Origin: an uncultured Verrucomicrobiae bacterium
GTDB taxonomy: Bacteria > Verrucomicrobiota > Verrucomicrobiia > Limisphaerales > JAFGQR01
Direction: 5' to 3'
DNA: 64,000 nucleotides
Assembly (NCBI GenBank): GCA_963788655.1
Contig: CAWBHS010000110.1
Coordinates: 1-64,000 of the forward strand
Part shown: piece by piece, positions 20,332-30,771 of the stretch
Numbering within the stretch: position 1 is the first letter of the stretch
Layout: each line of letters begins with the position of its first letter
Notes under the pieces: model-generated
The model's database searches: none
The model's input: the letters and a program-made list of their open reading frames with translations, nothing else
Told to the model about the DNA's origin: nothing
Made by a program: the position numbers and the translations under genes

Positions 20332-21318
20332 GTGAGCAACGCCAAGCACATTCTGGTCACCGGCGGCGCCGGCTTCATTGGTTCGCATCTGGTCGAACGT
20401 TTGCTGGCCGAAGGCAAAACCGTGGTGGTGATCGATGATTTTTCCACCGGCAGCCGCGAGAACCTACGGGAGGTTGCCGGTTCGGGGCGCTTGCGAGTCA
20501 TCGAGTCGAAAGTGTCCGCGTGCGCCGAGTTGCCGCAACTGGCGGCGGGTGCGGAAGCGATCTATCACCTGGCCGCGGCGGTGGGCGTTGAGCTGGTGCT
20601 GCATTCGCCGGTCCATACCATCAAGACCAATCTGCACGAAACGATTGCCCTGCTTGAAGCTGCGAGCCCGCACCGGGTACCAACCATGGTGGCTTCGACC
20701 TCCGAGGTGTATGGCAAGAGCGCCCAGGAGGTCTTCGCTGAAGAAGACGATTTGTTGATCGGCCCGCCCCACATTGCTCGCTGGAGCTACGCCTGCTCAA
20801 AGTTGATGGACGAATTCCTGGCCCTGGCTTACGCCCGTGAACGCCGGTTGCCGGTCGTCATCGCCCGGATCTTCAACACCGTTGGCCCCCGCCAAACCGG
20901 ACGCTACGGGATGGTCATGCCGCGGTTCATTGCCGCCGCTCAGCGCGGCGAACCATTACGGGTTTTTGGCAACGGCGCGCAAACCCGCTGCTTTTGTTTT
21001 GTTGCGGACACCGTGGAAGCCCTGCGGCGTCTGCTTGCTTGCTCGACGGCAAGTGGCCAGGTTTTCAATGTGGGCGGGACCGAGGAAATCAGCATTCGCG
21101 AGCTGGCGGAACAAGTCATTGCCGTGCTCGGCTCGAACTCGAACGTTGAATTAGTTCCATACGACCAGGCTTATCCGCCCGGCTTCGAAGACATGCGCCG
21201 ACGGAAGCCGACCGTGGACAAACTGGAACGATTCACCGGCTTTCGCCCTGCTACTTCGCTGTCAGAGATCATTCGGAAAACGGCAGCGGCACTTCCGAGT
21301 GCAGGACTGCGCCCTTGA
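20332..21318 (+). CDS. NAD-dependent nucleotide-sugar epimerase/dehydratase
   Basis: GGAGFIGSH, STSEVYG, YACSK, FNTVGPRQ. Confidence 0.93.
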   Translation: MSNAKHILVTGGAGFIGSHLVERLLAEGKTVVVIDDFSTGSRENLREVAGSGRLRVIESKVSACAELPQLAAGAEAIYHLAAAVGVELVLHSPVHTIKTNLHETIALLEAASPHRVPTMVASTSEVYGKSAQEVFAEEDDLLIGPPHIARWSYACSKLMDEFLALAYARERRLPVVIARIFNTVGPRQTGRYGMVMPRFIAAAQRGEPLRVFGNGAQTRCFCFVADTVEALRRLLACSTASGQVFNVGGTEEISIRELAEQVIAVLGSNSNVELVPYDQAYPPGFEDMRRRKPTVDKLERFTGFRPATSLSEIIRKTAAALPSAGLRP

Positions 21319-21492
21319 GGAATTTTCAGCAAGATTGTGCAGTCAGGAAAGTGCGATGCTGGAGCGCATCTTTAGCCGGAACGGTTACGCGCCGCTTGAA
21401 CAATGATACGCTTCAGCCACCGACGCGGACCGCGGTGAGATACGTCGGGTTTGCGTCCTAATGCGGCGGCTACGGTGAGGGAAAAATCCGGG

Positions 21493-22602
21493 CTAGCGGT
21501 TGCGGACGAAGCGTTTGCCGGGCAGTTGTTTGACCAGCCGCTTCATTTCCAGGCTGAGCAGGGCGACCGAGACCGCTGAAGTGGGCAAACCGCTGCCCTG
21601 GATCACTTCGTCGATGCTGGTTTCGTCTTCCAGCTTCAACAACGCATAAACTTTTTGCTCTTTCTCACTCAACTCGATGGCCGGCAACACACCGGTTTCA
21701 TTGGGTGCCGCCGGACGATTGGTGGCGGGGAACAGGTACTCGAATTCGCTCAGAATGTCTTCGGCGCCTTCGCACAATTTGGCGCCTTTCTTGATGAGTT
21801 CATGGCAGCCCTTGCTGCGCGGTGAGTCAATCCGTCCCGGCACCGCGAACACCTGCCGGCCATATTCCGTGGCGAAATTGGCCGTGATCATCGCGCCGCT
21901 GTTCAAGTGCGCTTCGACGACCACGGTGCCCAAGGTCATGCCGGCGACGATGCGATTGCGAATCGGGAAGGATTGCCGGTCCGCCTGGCGGTTGAATGGG
22001 AATTGGGTCAGGACTGCGCCGTTGGCCGCGATGCGTTCGAACAGATCGGCGTTCTCCGGCGGGAAGACCAGATTGATGCCGGTGCCCAGCACGGCCACGG
22101 TGCGGCCTTTGGCGGTCATGGCGCCCTGATGCGAGGCGGTGTCAATGCCGCGCGCTCCCCCGCTGACCAAGGTGACACCAACGTACGCCAACTGATAGGC
22201 CAGCTTGCGGGCGGTTTCCAATCCGTAGTGGGTGGTCTGACGCGTGCCGACCATCGCCACGGCGTTTTTGTCCTTCGGCGTCAACGCACCTTTCACGTAC
22301 AGCACAATGGGCGGGTCGTATATCTGGCGCAACATTTCCGGATATTCTTCGTCCAGTTGGGTAACGATGCGGCAGCCGAATTCGGTCACGCGTTTGAGTT
22401 CGCTCGGAAGATCGATTTTGTTTTCCCAACCGGCGATGGACTCCGCGGTGTCCGCCCCGATTCCGCGCACGTGCTGTAATTGGTTTTTCGACGCGCCTAG
22501 AATCGCGGGGGCATCGCCGAAGTGATCCAGCAACTGCCGGACCCGCACCGGGCCCACGCCCTCAATCATGTTTAAAGCCACCAATGCCTCACGGGAATCC
22601 AT
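21493..22602 (-). CDS. dprA: DNA-processing protein DprA
   Basis: DPPIVLYVKG, VGTR, SGGARGIDT, FPIRNRIVAG, GRQVFAVPG; C-terminal winged helix. Confidence 0.96.
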   Translation of the reverse strand: MDSREALVALNMIEGVGPVRVRQLLDHFGDAPAILGASKNQLQHVRGIGADTAESIAGWENKIDLPSELKRVTEFGCRIVTQLDEEYPEMLRQIYDPPIVLYVKGALTPKDKNAVAMVGTRQTTHYGLETARKLAYQLAYVGVTLVSGGARGIDTASHQGAMTAKGRTVAVLGTGINLVFPPENADLFERIAANGAVLTQFPFNRQADRQSFPIRNRIVAGMTLGTVVVEAHLNSGAMITANFATEYGRQVFAVPGRIDSPRSKGCHELIKKGAKLCEGAEDILSEFEYLFPATNRPAAPNETGVLPAIELSEKEQKVYALLKLEDETSIDEVIQGSGLPTSAVSVALLSLEMKRLVKQLPGKRFVRNR

Positions 22603-22655
22603 GGCAGGTGAATAGCGCGCCAGATGGGTTTCCGCAAGCTCACGATTCGCGGTAA

Positions 22656-23024
22656 CAACGTGCTGCTGGCGTCCCGCCGGCAGAAACGAATGCAATGGCG
22701 GACACGAATTCTATCGGCCGCCCCCGTTGGCTCAATGATCAATGCGCAATGACCAAGCACCAGAGAAGGCCCAATGCTCAAGGTCCAATGCCAATGGGAG
22801 CGTCTGCTGCTGGTAGGTTCGAGATAGGTTCTTGGGCGGTGGGCAGTGGTCATTTCTGTTGCGGGCCGTTCCAAACTGCCGGCAAGATGCCGGCAGCACG
22901 CTGCGCCAACGTGCTGCTGGCGTCCCGCCGGCAGAAACGATTGGCAACGCCGCATCCGTAACCGAACGCCGGTTGGCCAGCGCAACGGGCGGTGCCAAAC
23001 TGCCGGCAAGATGCCGGCAGCACG
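22656..23024. repeat. Two REP family A doublets; the first carries heptamer-periodic cargo
   Basis: CAACGTGCTGCTGGCGTCCCGCCGGCAG and CTGCCGGCAAGATGCCGGCAGCACG arms; CAATGAT/CAATGCG/CAATGAC runs. Confidence 0.85.
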
Positions 23025-23092
23025 CTGGGGCAACCTTGAAGAGAAGCGCAGATCCACTTGAAGACCGGCGCTCGTTGGGCAATGCTCACGTG

Positions 23093-23953
23093 ATGAGCGC
23101 ACCGAAGACTCTTCAGGTTTCCTGTGTCCAGATGCACTGGGCGAAGACGTTGGAACATAATCTCGAACGCACCCTGGATTACATCGGCCGAGCCAAGGCC
23201 GAAGGCAGCCGGGTCGTCCTCTTTCCCGAGGCGAATCTCACGGGCTATTATTTCCCTGAAGTGCTGGCGTTGGCTCCGGAAGCGGTGCAGCAGGCGCTCG
23301 ACCGTACGTGTCGCGCCGCCGAAGATGCCGGCCTATGGGTCATTGTGGGCACGCTGCGCAAAACACCGGATCGCCTCCTCAATCTGGCCCACGTCATTGC
23401 GCCGACAGGGGAAATTGTTCACGAATATGCCAAGGTCCACTTGGCCGGGCGGGACGAGCAGAAATATTGTCGCGGGGGCAATAAGCTGTCGCTCTTCGAA
23501 CTGGATGGCATTCTCTGCACGCTGGTGATTTGCCGCGATGGCCGGCACCCGGAATTGTATCGGTTGCCGGCGATGGCGGGGGCGCAAATTCTGTTTCATC
23601 CGTCGTGCAGTTCGGATGAAGTGGAGGCGGTTTTGTGGAAGCGCATCGCGGGCCGGGCGCAACAACCTGTCGGACCGAACAGCCATATTTTCCATTGCGT
23701 CGCCAACACCGTGGGACTGTCTCCCGACGGCAAGCAGACTTCCAGCGGTCAGTCTTTCATTCGCGAACCCTCCGGCATGCCCCTAACTGAAGCTGGTTAT
23801 TACCAGGAGGAAATGATCACGGCGACGCTCGACCTCGAACGGGCCGACTGTTCGTACGCGCTGGACAGTCTGAATGATCCGCCCATCCTGCGGCCGTACT
23901 GGGAGGAAATTTTAAAGGTCGTCAAAGGGCGCGCCGATTTGACACCGGAATGA
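23093..23953 (+). CDS. Carbon-nitrogen hydrolase family protein
   Basis: LFPE, YAKVHL, VICRD. Confidence 0.9.
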   Translation: MSAPKTLQVSCVQMHWAKTLEHNLERTLDYIGRAKAEGSRVVLFPEANLTGYYFPEVLALAPEAVQQALDRTCRAAEDAGLWVIVGTLRKTPDRLLNLAHVIAPTGEIVHEYAKVHLAGRDEQKYCRGGNKLSLFELDGILCTLVICRDGRHPELYRLPAMAGAQILFHPSCSSDEVEAVLWKRIAGRAQQPVGPNSHIFHCVANTVGLSPDGKQTSSGQSFIREPSGMPLTEAGYYQEEMITATLDLERADCSYALDSLNDPPILRPYWEEILKVVKGRADLTPE

Positions 23954-24005
23954 CTGTGGACGGAGAGTTGCTATATTGAACGCCACGAATCTGGCGTAAC
24001 GAATT

Positions 24006-25403
24006 GTGGTCACGTTAACCAACCAATCGAACCTTTCGAGAGTGGCGGTCTTTGCCGGGCCCAGCAGCTATGGCGACGGCTCGGCGGTGAACCAACTGGT
24101 ACAGGAGACGCTCGCCCAACTTGAATTGCCGGCGGGCTTCATCACCCCCGGAGATCGCGTGGTGCTCAAGCCCAACTGGGTCAAGGAACACGACGAACGG
24201 CATCCGGGGCCCGGCCAATGGGAACACGTCGTCACCCACCCGGCGGTCATCGAGGCGGTGGTGCGCTGGGTGGCTCCTCAATTGGAGGGGCGGGGCAGCA
24301 TTACGATCTGCGACGCACCGCAAACCGATTCGTCCTTCGCGAAGATCCGCGAGTATTGTCAGCTCGACGAGATGGTGGCGCGCTGCCGTCAGGATTTTCC
24401 TGGCCTCGAGATTGCACTGCTCGATTTGCGGCCGGTGGAATGGCACGCGGTTGATGGCATTACCGTATCGCAAACCGAGTTGCCCGGGGATCCGCGCGGC
24501 GCGACGCACGTGCATTTGGATGGCGCCAGTGAATTCGTGGGCTTCCACGGCTTGGGCCAATTATATGGCGCCTCGTTCGACATGGAGGAAACCAACGCCC
24601 GGCATCATGACGCGCACCACGAGTATTTGTTGTGCCGCACGGCGATGGAGGCAGACGTGCTCATTAACCTGCCCAAGCTCAAGACGCACAAAAAGGTCGG
24701 TCTGACGTGCGCCTTGAAGAATTTGGTCGGCATCAATGCCAATAAGAACTGGTTGCCGCACCACACCGAAGGCACACCGGATTGCGGTGGTGACCAGTTT
24801 CCGGCCGCCACCACCAAAGCCCGGCTCGAACACTCGTGGATGGGCACGGCCAAACGATGGGTTAAAGGCCGACCGGTGATGTCCCGTTTGCTGGTGCCGT
24901 TGAAAAAGGCGGGCCGGCTGGTGTTTGGCGATACCCAGAAAGTGGTGCGCTCGGGTAATTGGCACGGCAACGACACGTGTTGGCGTATGGTGTTGGATCT
25001 GAACAAGTGCCTGTATTTCTTCGATGGCAACGGCCAGCGTCGGCAAAAGCCCTTGCGTTACTTGGCGGTGGTCGATGGCATCATTGGCGGCGAAGGCAAT
25101 GGCCCGATGTGTCCGGACGCCAAACCGTGCGGGGTGATCGTCGCCGGTACGCACCCGGCGTCCGTGGATTGCGTGGCGGCCACGCTGATGGGTTTTGATT
25201 GGCAAAAACTGCGCCTGCTCAAGAACAGTTTTGCCATGCGCGAATTGAGTTTCGTGCATTTCTCGCCCCACGACATTCGGGTGGTATCCAATCGACCGGC
25301 GTGGAGTGGCAAGCTGGATGGCCTGACCGAGACGTTTGAATTTCATCCGCACTTCGGCTGGGTGGGAGCGATTGAGCAAAGGACGCGTGAAGTGTCGTCG
25401 TGA
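24006..25403 (+). CDS. DUF362 domain protein
   Basis: VVLKPNWV, THPAVI, INLPKLKTH, ALKNLVG, DGIIGGEGNGP. Confidence 0.88.
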   Translation: MVTLTNQSNLSRVAVFAGPSSYGDGSAVNQLVQETLAQLELPAGFITPGDRVVLKPNWVKEHDERHPGPGQWEHVVTHPAVIEAVVRWVAPQLEGRGSITICDAPQTDSSFAKIREYCQLDEMVARCRQDFPGLEIALLDLRPVEWHAVDGITVSQTELPGDPRGATHVHLDGASEFVGFHGLGQLYGASFDMEETNARHHDAHHEYLLCRTAMEADVLINLPKLKTHKKVGLTCALKNLVGINANKNWLPHHTEGTPDCGGDQFPAATTKARLEHSWMGTAKRWVKGRPVMSRLLVPLKKAGRLVFGDTQKVVRSGNWHGNDTCWRMVLDLNKCLYFFDGNGQRRQKPLRYLAVVDGIIGGEGNGPMCPDAKPCGVIVAGTHPASVDCVAATLMGFDWQKLRLLKNSFAMRELSFVHFSPHDIRVVSNRPAWSGKLDGLTETFEFHPHFGWVGAIEQRTREVSS

Positions 25404-25446
25404 CGATGGAATTGACTTGGCGGGTGGGGAACTTAAGTTGGTGCAA

Positions 25447-25725
25447 ATGAAAACGGTGGACATCCAGGAAGCGGCTTCACAATTTGCTTCGTTCACCTCG
25501 CTCTTGGAACGAGGCGAAACCATTTTGATTTGCCGGGAGAACAAGCCATTTGCCGAGGTGCGCCCGGTAACCTCGCCCCAAGGCAGGGCGCAACGCAAAT
25601 TCGGTCTTTTCCAGGGACAGATCAAGGTGCCGGATGATTTCAACGCGGCGGATTTGGAAGTCGAATCGCTGTTCTGCAACGGTCGCGTTTTTCCTAAGCC
25701 GCCAGCGCCGGACCACCCGGAATGA
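25447..25725 (+). CDS. Phd/YefM-type antitoxin
   Basis: MKTVDIQEA...GETILICRENKPFAEV...RKFG...VPDDF; ATGA overlap with the PIN gene. Confidence 0.85.
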   Translation: MKTVDIQEAASQFASFTSLLERGETILICRENKPFAEVRPVTSPQGRAQRKFGLFQGQIKVPDDFNAADLEVESLFCNGRVFPKPPAPDHPE

Positions 25726-26114
25726 GGGTCCTGCTGGACACGTGTGCTTTCCTTTGGTTCCTGGAAGGCGATCCGAGAATGCCGCGGGCTGTCGTCTGCC
25801 GCTTGCTGGAACCAACGTGCGAGGTATTCGTGAGCTTGGTTTCCTTTTGGGAAATTCAAATCAAATATTCGTTGGGTAAACTGACCCTGCAACAGCCACC
25901 CGAACTACTATTGCCACAAGCCATGACACAAAACGGATTCGTTCTGTTGCCGCTTGATGCTCAGGCAATATTTCAGTGGGGGCGCCTACCATGGCACCAT
26001 CGAGATCCTTTCGACCGATTACTGATTGCCCAGGCCAACATTAATGGGCTGGAGGTTATTACAAATGATTCGGTCTTTCAGGACTACCCCGTGCGTGTCG
26101 TTTGGGACCAATGA
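25722..26114 (+). CDS. vapC: PIN-domain toxin
   Basis: LLDTCAFLW, SFWEIQIK, HRDPFDRLLIAQA, ITND. Confidence 0.92.
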   Translation: MRVLLDTCAFLWFLEGDPRMPRAVVCRLLEPTCEVFVSLVSFWEIQIKYSLGKLTLQQPPELLLPQAMTQNGFVLLPLDAQAIFQWGRLPWHHRDPFDRLLIAQANINGLEVITNDSVFQDYPVRVVWDQ

Positions 26115-27538
26115 GCCTCGAAGATCGCCTCTACCCCTTGCTCGGCGTTTATGAGCGGTTGCCGCACGGTCTGAAGCAAGCCGTCGGGACGGCGTATCGC
26201 TGGTTGCCGCAAGGCTGGCGGATGGGAGGCCGGTTTGCCGAGTTTGAGCGACTGACCATTTCCGGGGAACAATGGTCGATCAACGAGATTCGCGAATACC
26301 AACTCAAACAACTGCGCGCGGTGCTGATTCAGGCAGGGAACTATTGTCCGTATTACCAGCAGACCTTTGCCCGGGCAGGATTCCGGCCGGAAATGGTCAA
26401 GAGCATCGACGATTTGGAGGGCTGTCCGTATCTCGAAAAGCGCGATTTGCTCGAGCATCTACCGGGATTCGTTTCCACGGCCTTGCCGAAGAAGAATCGA
26501 CTTTACATCACCACGGGAGGTTCGACCGGGGTACCGGTGGGCTTCTATTTGCACCAAGGTGTCAGCCGGCCCAAGGAACAGGCTTTCCTGGAAGCAATGT
26601 GGCGTCGGGCGGGATACACCAAAGGCGCGCGGTTGGCGGTCATCCGCGGTCACGTCACCAGCGACAAAGCGCAGGGCCGGATCTCCAGCTACGATGCGAC
26701 CCGCGACTGGCTGATGCTTTCCTCGTACCATCTCACGGCGGAACGGCTGCCGGAATACCTCGCGGCAATCGAATGTTTCCGACCGGACCTGCTCCACGCG
26801 TATCCGTCCGCGGCGCTGCAATTGGCGGAGTTCCTCGAAAAAGCCGGTCAATCCTGGCGGGTGCCGCTGCGTGCCGTACTGTGCGGTTCTGAACGGTTGA
26901 CGCTTCCGCAAAAGCGTCTGCTCGAACGCGTATTCCAATGCCGCGTTTATCGTTGGTACGGACACTCCGAACGCGTGGTGCTGGCCGGTGAAGGACGGGA
27001 GTCGGAATTGTTTTATTTCTGGCCGCAGTACGGCTTGGTCGAATTTGGGCCACCGGATGAAGAAGGCTTGTGCGAAGTCATTGGCACGTCGTTCCACAAC
27101 TTGGTGATGCCGCTGATCCGTTATCGCACGGGCGATTATGTGCGGTTGGCTGACCCGCGAAAAGACGGCGACCTGGAATTTCCTTGGGCGGCCGCAGCGG
27201 AAGTCTCCGGGCGGGAGCAGGAGTTCCTCCTGAGTGCCACGGGCCGGCGCATTTCGCTGACCGCCTTCAACATGCACGACGCCATTTTTGACGACTTGTA
27301 TGCCGTGCAGTTTTACCAGGAAGAACCCGGCGTGGCTGAATTCCGCTTCGTGCCGGGACCGCAGTTCAATCGCACGCGACTGATCGAGATTGAAAAAGGC
27401 ATTCGTCGCAAGCTGGGTGATGATTTTCAGATCGTGCTCCGCGAAGTGCCGGAAACCGAAAAGACCGCTCGCGGCAAACATCGCTGGCTGGTGAGCCGGT
27501 TGACCGAAAGCAGTGAAGCCGCAAACAGACCTCGGTAG
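26111..27538 (+). CDS. Phenylacetate-CoA-ligase-family adenylating enzyme (CapK-like)
   Basis: TTGGSTG, YGHSE, MPLIRYRTGD. Confidence 0.88.
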   Translation: MSLEDRLYPLLGVYERLPHGLKQAVGTAYRWLPQGWRMGGRFAEFERLTISGEQWSINEIREYQLKQLRAVLIQAGNYCPYYQQTFARAGFRPEMVKSIDDLEGCPYLEKRDLLEHLPGFVSTALPKKNRLYITTGGSTGVPVGFYLHQGVSRPKEQAFLEAMWRRAGYTKGARLAVIRGHVTSDKAQGRISSYDATRDWLMLSSYHLTAERLPEYLAAIECFRPDLLHAYPSAALQLAEFLEKAGQSWRVPLRAVLCGSERLTLPQKRLLERVFQCRVYRWYGHSERVVLAGEGRESELFYFWPQYGLVEFGPPDEEGLCEVIGTSFHNLVMPLIRYRTGDYVRLADPRKDGDLEFPWAAAAEVSGREQEFLLSATGRRISLTAFNMHDAIFDDLYAVQFYQEEPGVAEFRFVPGPQFNRTRLIEIEKGIRRKLGDDFQIVLREVPETEKTARGKHRWLVSRLTESSEAANRPR

Positions 27539-27705
27539 GGCGAGACTCCGTCGAGCCCTGATTTCTCCGCAGCGTTATCGCAGTCCCGGCAGCGTAAATG
27601 TGGGAAGCCTTCGGCGGTTCGAAACACCAGGAATTTCCCTTTGGTCGCGTTTGCACTTTCGAATGCGCTTCGGAAAAGTCAGGGCTCGACGGAGTCTGCC
27701 CTACC
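27534..27705. repeat. REP family E doublet, copy 1 (172 bp)
   Basis: GGTAGGGCGAGACTCCGTCGAGCCCT ... AGGGCTCGACGGAGTCTGCCCTACC. Confidence 0.85.
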
Positions 27706-27822
27706 GAGGTGGTTGCGCGGGGAGGAGAATTCCGGTCCGCTTGTGGACATTCGGATTTGTAAATTGGCCCATTTCCAGCTTGCGAACCAAGCTGAGTTTA
27801 GGGTGCAGTAGCTCCATTCATC

Positions 27823-30025
27823 GTGAAACAAATTGCGCAATATCAGGACGGGAGATTGGAAATCCAGGAGGTGCCGATGCCAATGGCGCCGCCGGGAGGG
27901 ATTTTGGTGCAGACTACGCACTCGGTCATCAGTCCTGGCACCGAGCGTATGAAAGTCGAGCAGGCCAAAATGAACCTGCTGCAAAAGGCCCGCGCCCGTC
28001 CGGATCAAGTGCGCAAGGTGTTGGACACCGCCCGCAATCTGGGCTGGCGCAATGCGCTGGAGAAAGTTCGTAATCGACTGGCAACCCCCACGCCGCTCGG
28101 CTACAGCGCAGCGGGCATTGTCACGCAGGTCGATCCGGGCAACACGCGGTTTCGTGTCGGTGATCGGGTGGCTTGCGCGGGCGCCGAGTGCGCCTTTCAT
28201 GCCGAATACCTCGCCATTCCCGATCTGCTCGCCGCCAAAGTGCCGGCCAACGTCGAGAACTGGGAGGCTGCTTACGCGACGGTCGTGACCATTGCGCTGC
28301 AAGTCGTGCGGCAAATGGAGCCAGAGCTGGGCGACCGGGCGATGGTGATGGGCCAGGGACTGTTGGGCTTGTTGGTAACCGCCTTGTTGCGCGCCAATGG
28401 AGTTCGGGTCATGGCGGTGGATGTCATGGAATCGCGGCGGCCGTATTGTCAAGCCATGGGGGCGGAACGTGTGGTGATTTCGAACCGTCAGAGTCTGGCT
28501 GATGAAGTACACGCCTGGACCGAGGGCTATGGGGTTGATTCGGTGGCTTTGTGTACCTCGACCGCGAGCAACGCGCCATTGGAACAGGCCGCCGAGGTGA
28601 TTCGCGACCGCGGTCGTATTGTGGTGCTGGGCAACACCAAGGTGGACCTGGCGTGGAAGGTGTTTTACCGAAAAGAAATCGATGTCCGATATTCCCGCTC
28701 GTACGGCCCGGGCCGATATGATCCGACCTACGAATGGAGCGGTACGGATTATCCGATTGATTACGTTCGTTGGACCGAACAGCGGAACTTCGATGCCTGC
28801 GCTGCATCTGACGGCTGCCGGTCAGATCGATCTGGCCGCCATTACGACGCAGCGCGTACCGTTTGCCAATTCGCTGAAAATCTACCAGAACATGCTGGGG
28901 GACGGCTCTAGCGAAATCGGGGTGGTGTTGGAATATCCGCCGGCAACTGAGGCGCGCGCGGCGAGCACTTCCGCACTGAGTGCCAGACCCAAGGCCACCG
29001 ACGCCGAAACGACATCCAGCGCCAGTTCGATGGTCACCCGGTTGGCGGCTCCGGTGACGCAGTTGGATGTCGTGGGCGCGGGCAACTTTGCGCGCACGAT
29101 GTTGCTGCCGCATTTGCACGGGAAAATCACTTTTGGCACCATCGTGAATCAAACCTCGCTGAGCGCCAATCACGTGAAGACCAAGTTTGGTTTCCAGGCG
29201 GCCACAACCAATTACTCGGAAGTGTTCCTGACGTCGGAACCGGCGGCAGCGCTGATTGCCACGCGGCATCATCTGCACGCGCAATTGGTGACCGATGCGC
29301 TGGAGGCCAACCGGCATGTTTTTGTGGAGAAACCGCTCTGCCTGACGCGTGAGGAATTGGGCAAAATCGACGCCGCCATGGCCCGCGCCATGGGCACTGT
29401 GATGGTCGGGTTCAATCGCCGGTTTGCGCCGGCCAGCATCGAACTCAAGCGCCAGTTGATGGCATCGGCGGGACCAAAATCCGCCACGTATCGGGTGATG
29501 GCCGGCAAGCTTGATCCGCAGCACTGGTATGCGAATTACGCTGAGAGCGGCGGGCGGGTGTTGGGCGAGGCGTGCCACTTTCTCGACTACTTCTGTTGCT
29601 TGTTCGGTTCCCAACCGGTGCGGGTGTCAGCGCAGCCGATTTGGCCGGCGACGGGTCGCCTGGCGTTTCCGGACAGCGTCACGGCGCAAGTCGAGTTTGC
29701 CGATGGTTCGTGCGGACAATTGATTTACACCGCCGAAGGCGATCCCAGTTATCCCAAGGAAACGGTGAGCGCGTTTGGAGCGGGCTTCGTCGGGGAAATT
29801 ACGAATTTCCAGGAACTGAATCTCCATTCGGGACGCAAACGTCGGCGCCAATCTTATTCCTCAAAAGGCCATGCCGAGGAAATGGCGGCCTGGCTGGGAT
29901 TCCTCTCCGGGCAGGCGGAACACCCGCTGCCCTACGAGCAATCGCGCCAGAGCATGGAACTGACGTTTGCGGTATTGGAATCGATTCAGCAGGCACGAAC
30001 GGTGGAGATGGGAGGCAGCCGGTGA
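27823..30025 (+). CDS. Bi-domain oxidoreductase (MDR dehydrogenase plus Gfo/Idh/MocA); frameshift ~28800
   Basis: ISPGTE, PLGYSAAG, SRSYGPGRYD, VRWTEQRN; then GAGNFA, HVFVEKP, VGFNRRF, GEACHF. Confidence 0.9.
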
Positions 30026-30166
30026 GGTGAAGTTAAATTTCTTCCACGAAGGCTTCGTTCACTCCCCCCAGTCTTTTTCCGGCCAGCCCAAGTGGCCGCA
30101 GTTGAGCTTTTTTAACAATTCAACTCTTTAACCCGTCAACACTCCAACGGATTGGACTTGTCCGCA

Positions 30167-30391
30167 CTAATTGGCGCCCCGTTGCCGCTTCCATTGGGAA
30201 GAAGGCTCTGAAGGAGCATCGGTTAGCAACTTGGGTGGGTCTGGTTCGAGACGCACAATAAAGTCTTCATGCATCATTAAGCGCGTGCGGCACTCGGGGC
30301 ACGTGAACCGGCAGGCCGTCAGTTCACCATCTCGAAATTCCAGGAGCACCAGGATAATCTTGGCATTGCAATTTGGGCATTGAACTGTCAT
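30167..30391 (-). CDS. Small hypothetical zinc-ribbon protein
   Basis: CPNC...CPEC in a 74-aa ORF. Confidence 0.45.
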   Translation of the reverse strand: MTVQCPNCNAKIILVLLEFRDGELTACRFTCPECRTRLMMHEDFIVRLEPDPPKLLTDAPSEPSSQWKRQRGAN

Positions 30392-30771
30392 TCAGTCTTC
30401 AGCTAAGCATTCTGTCCCTCGTAACCAGCTCAAGCATCTCTCACTTATCGGCTCCCGAGTCAATGCTAAAGGCATAAAAGTGAAGCACGGCAAAGCAGGC
30501 GGGATTACGGGCAGCAAGTCGATGACAGTAAGCGGGTTGAGTGACGGACAAGGGCCAGTTGACCCGGAGTGGGCCAGCGAGCTTTCGTTGCTTGCAATCA
30601 AGGCATTCCCGTGCAATCTAAAACTGGGTCCAATGGCTTGAATACCCCCAAGGTGGGGGCAGTCAAAATAAACAAGATTAAAAACGTCGATTTTTGACGC
30701 AAGCGGCGACTGAAAGCGGCAAAGACATTTTAACCACCTATCCACGCAAACCAGCCAGAGAAAGGCGCATT

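Noticed and set aside
30392..30771. Riboswitch or ncRNA in the long intergenic gap
   Set aside because: I could not recognise any family consensus or convincing structure by eye; an Rfam scan would be needed.
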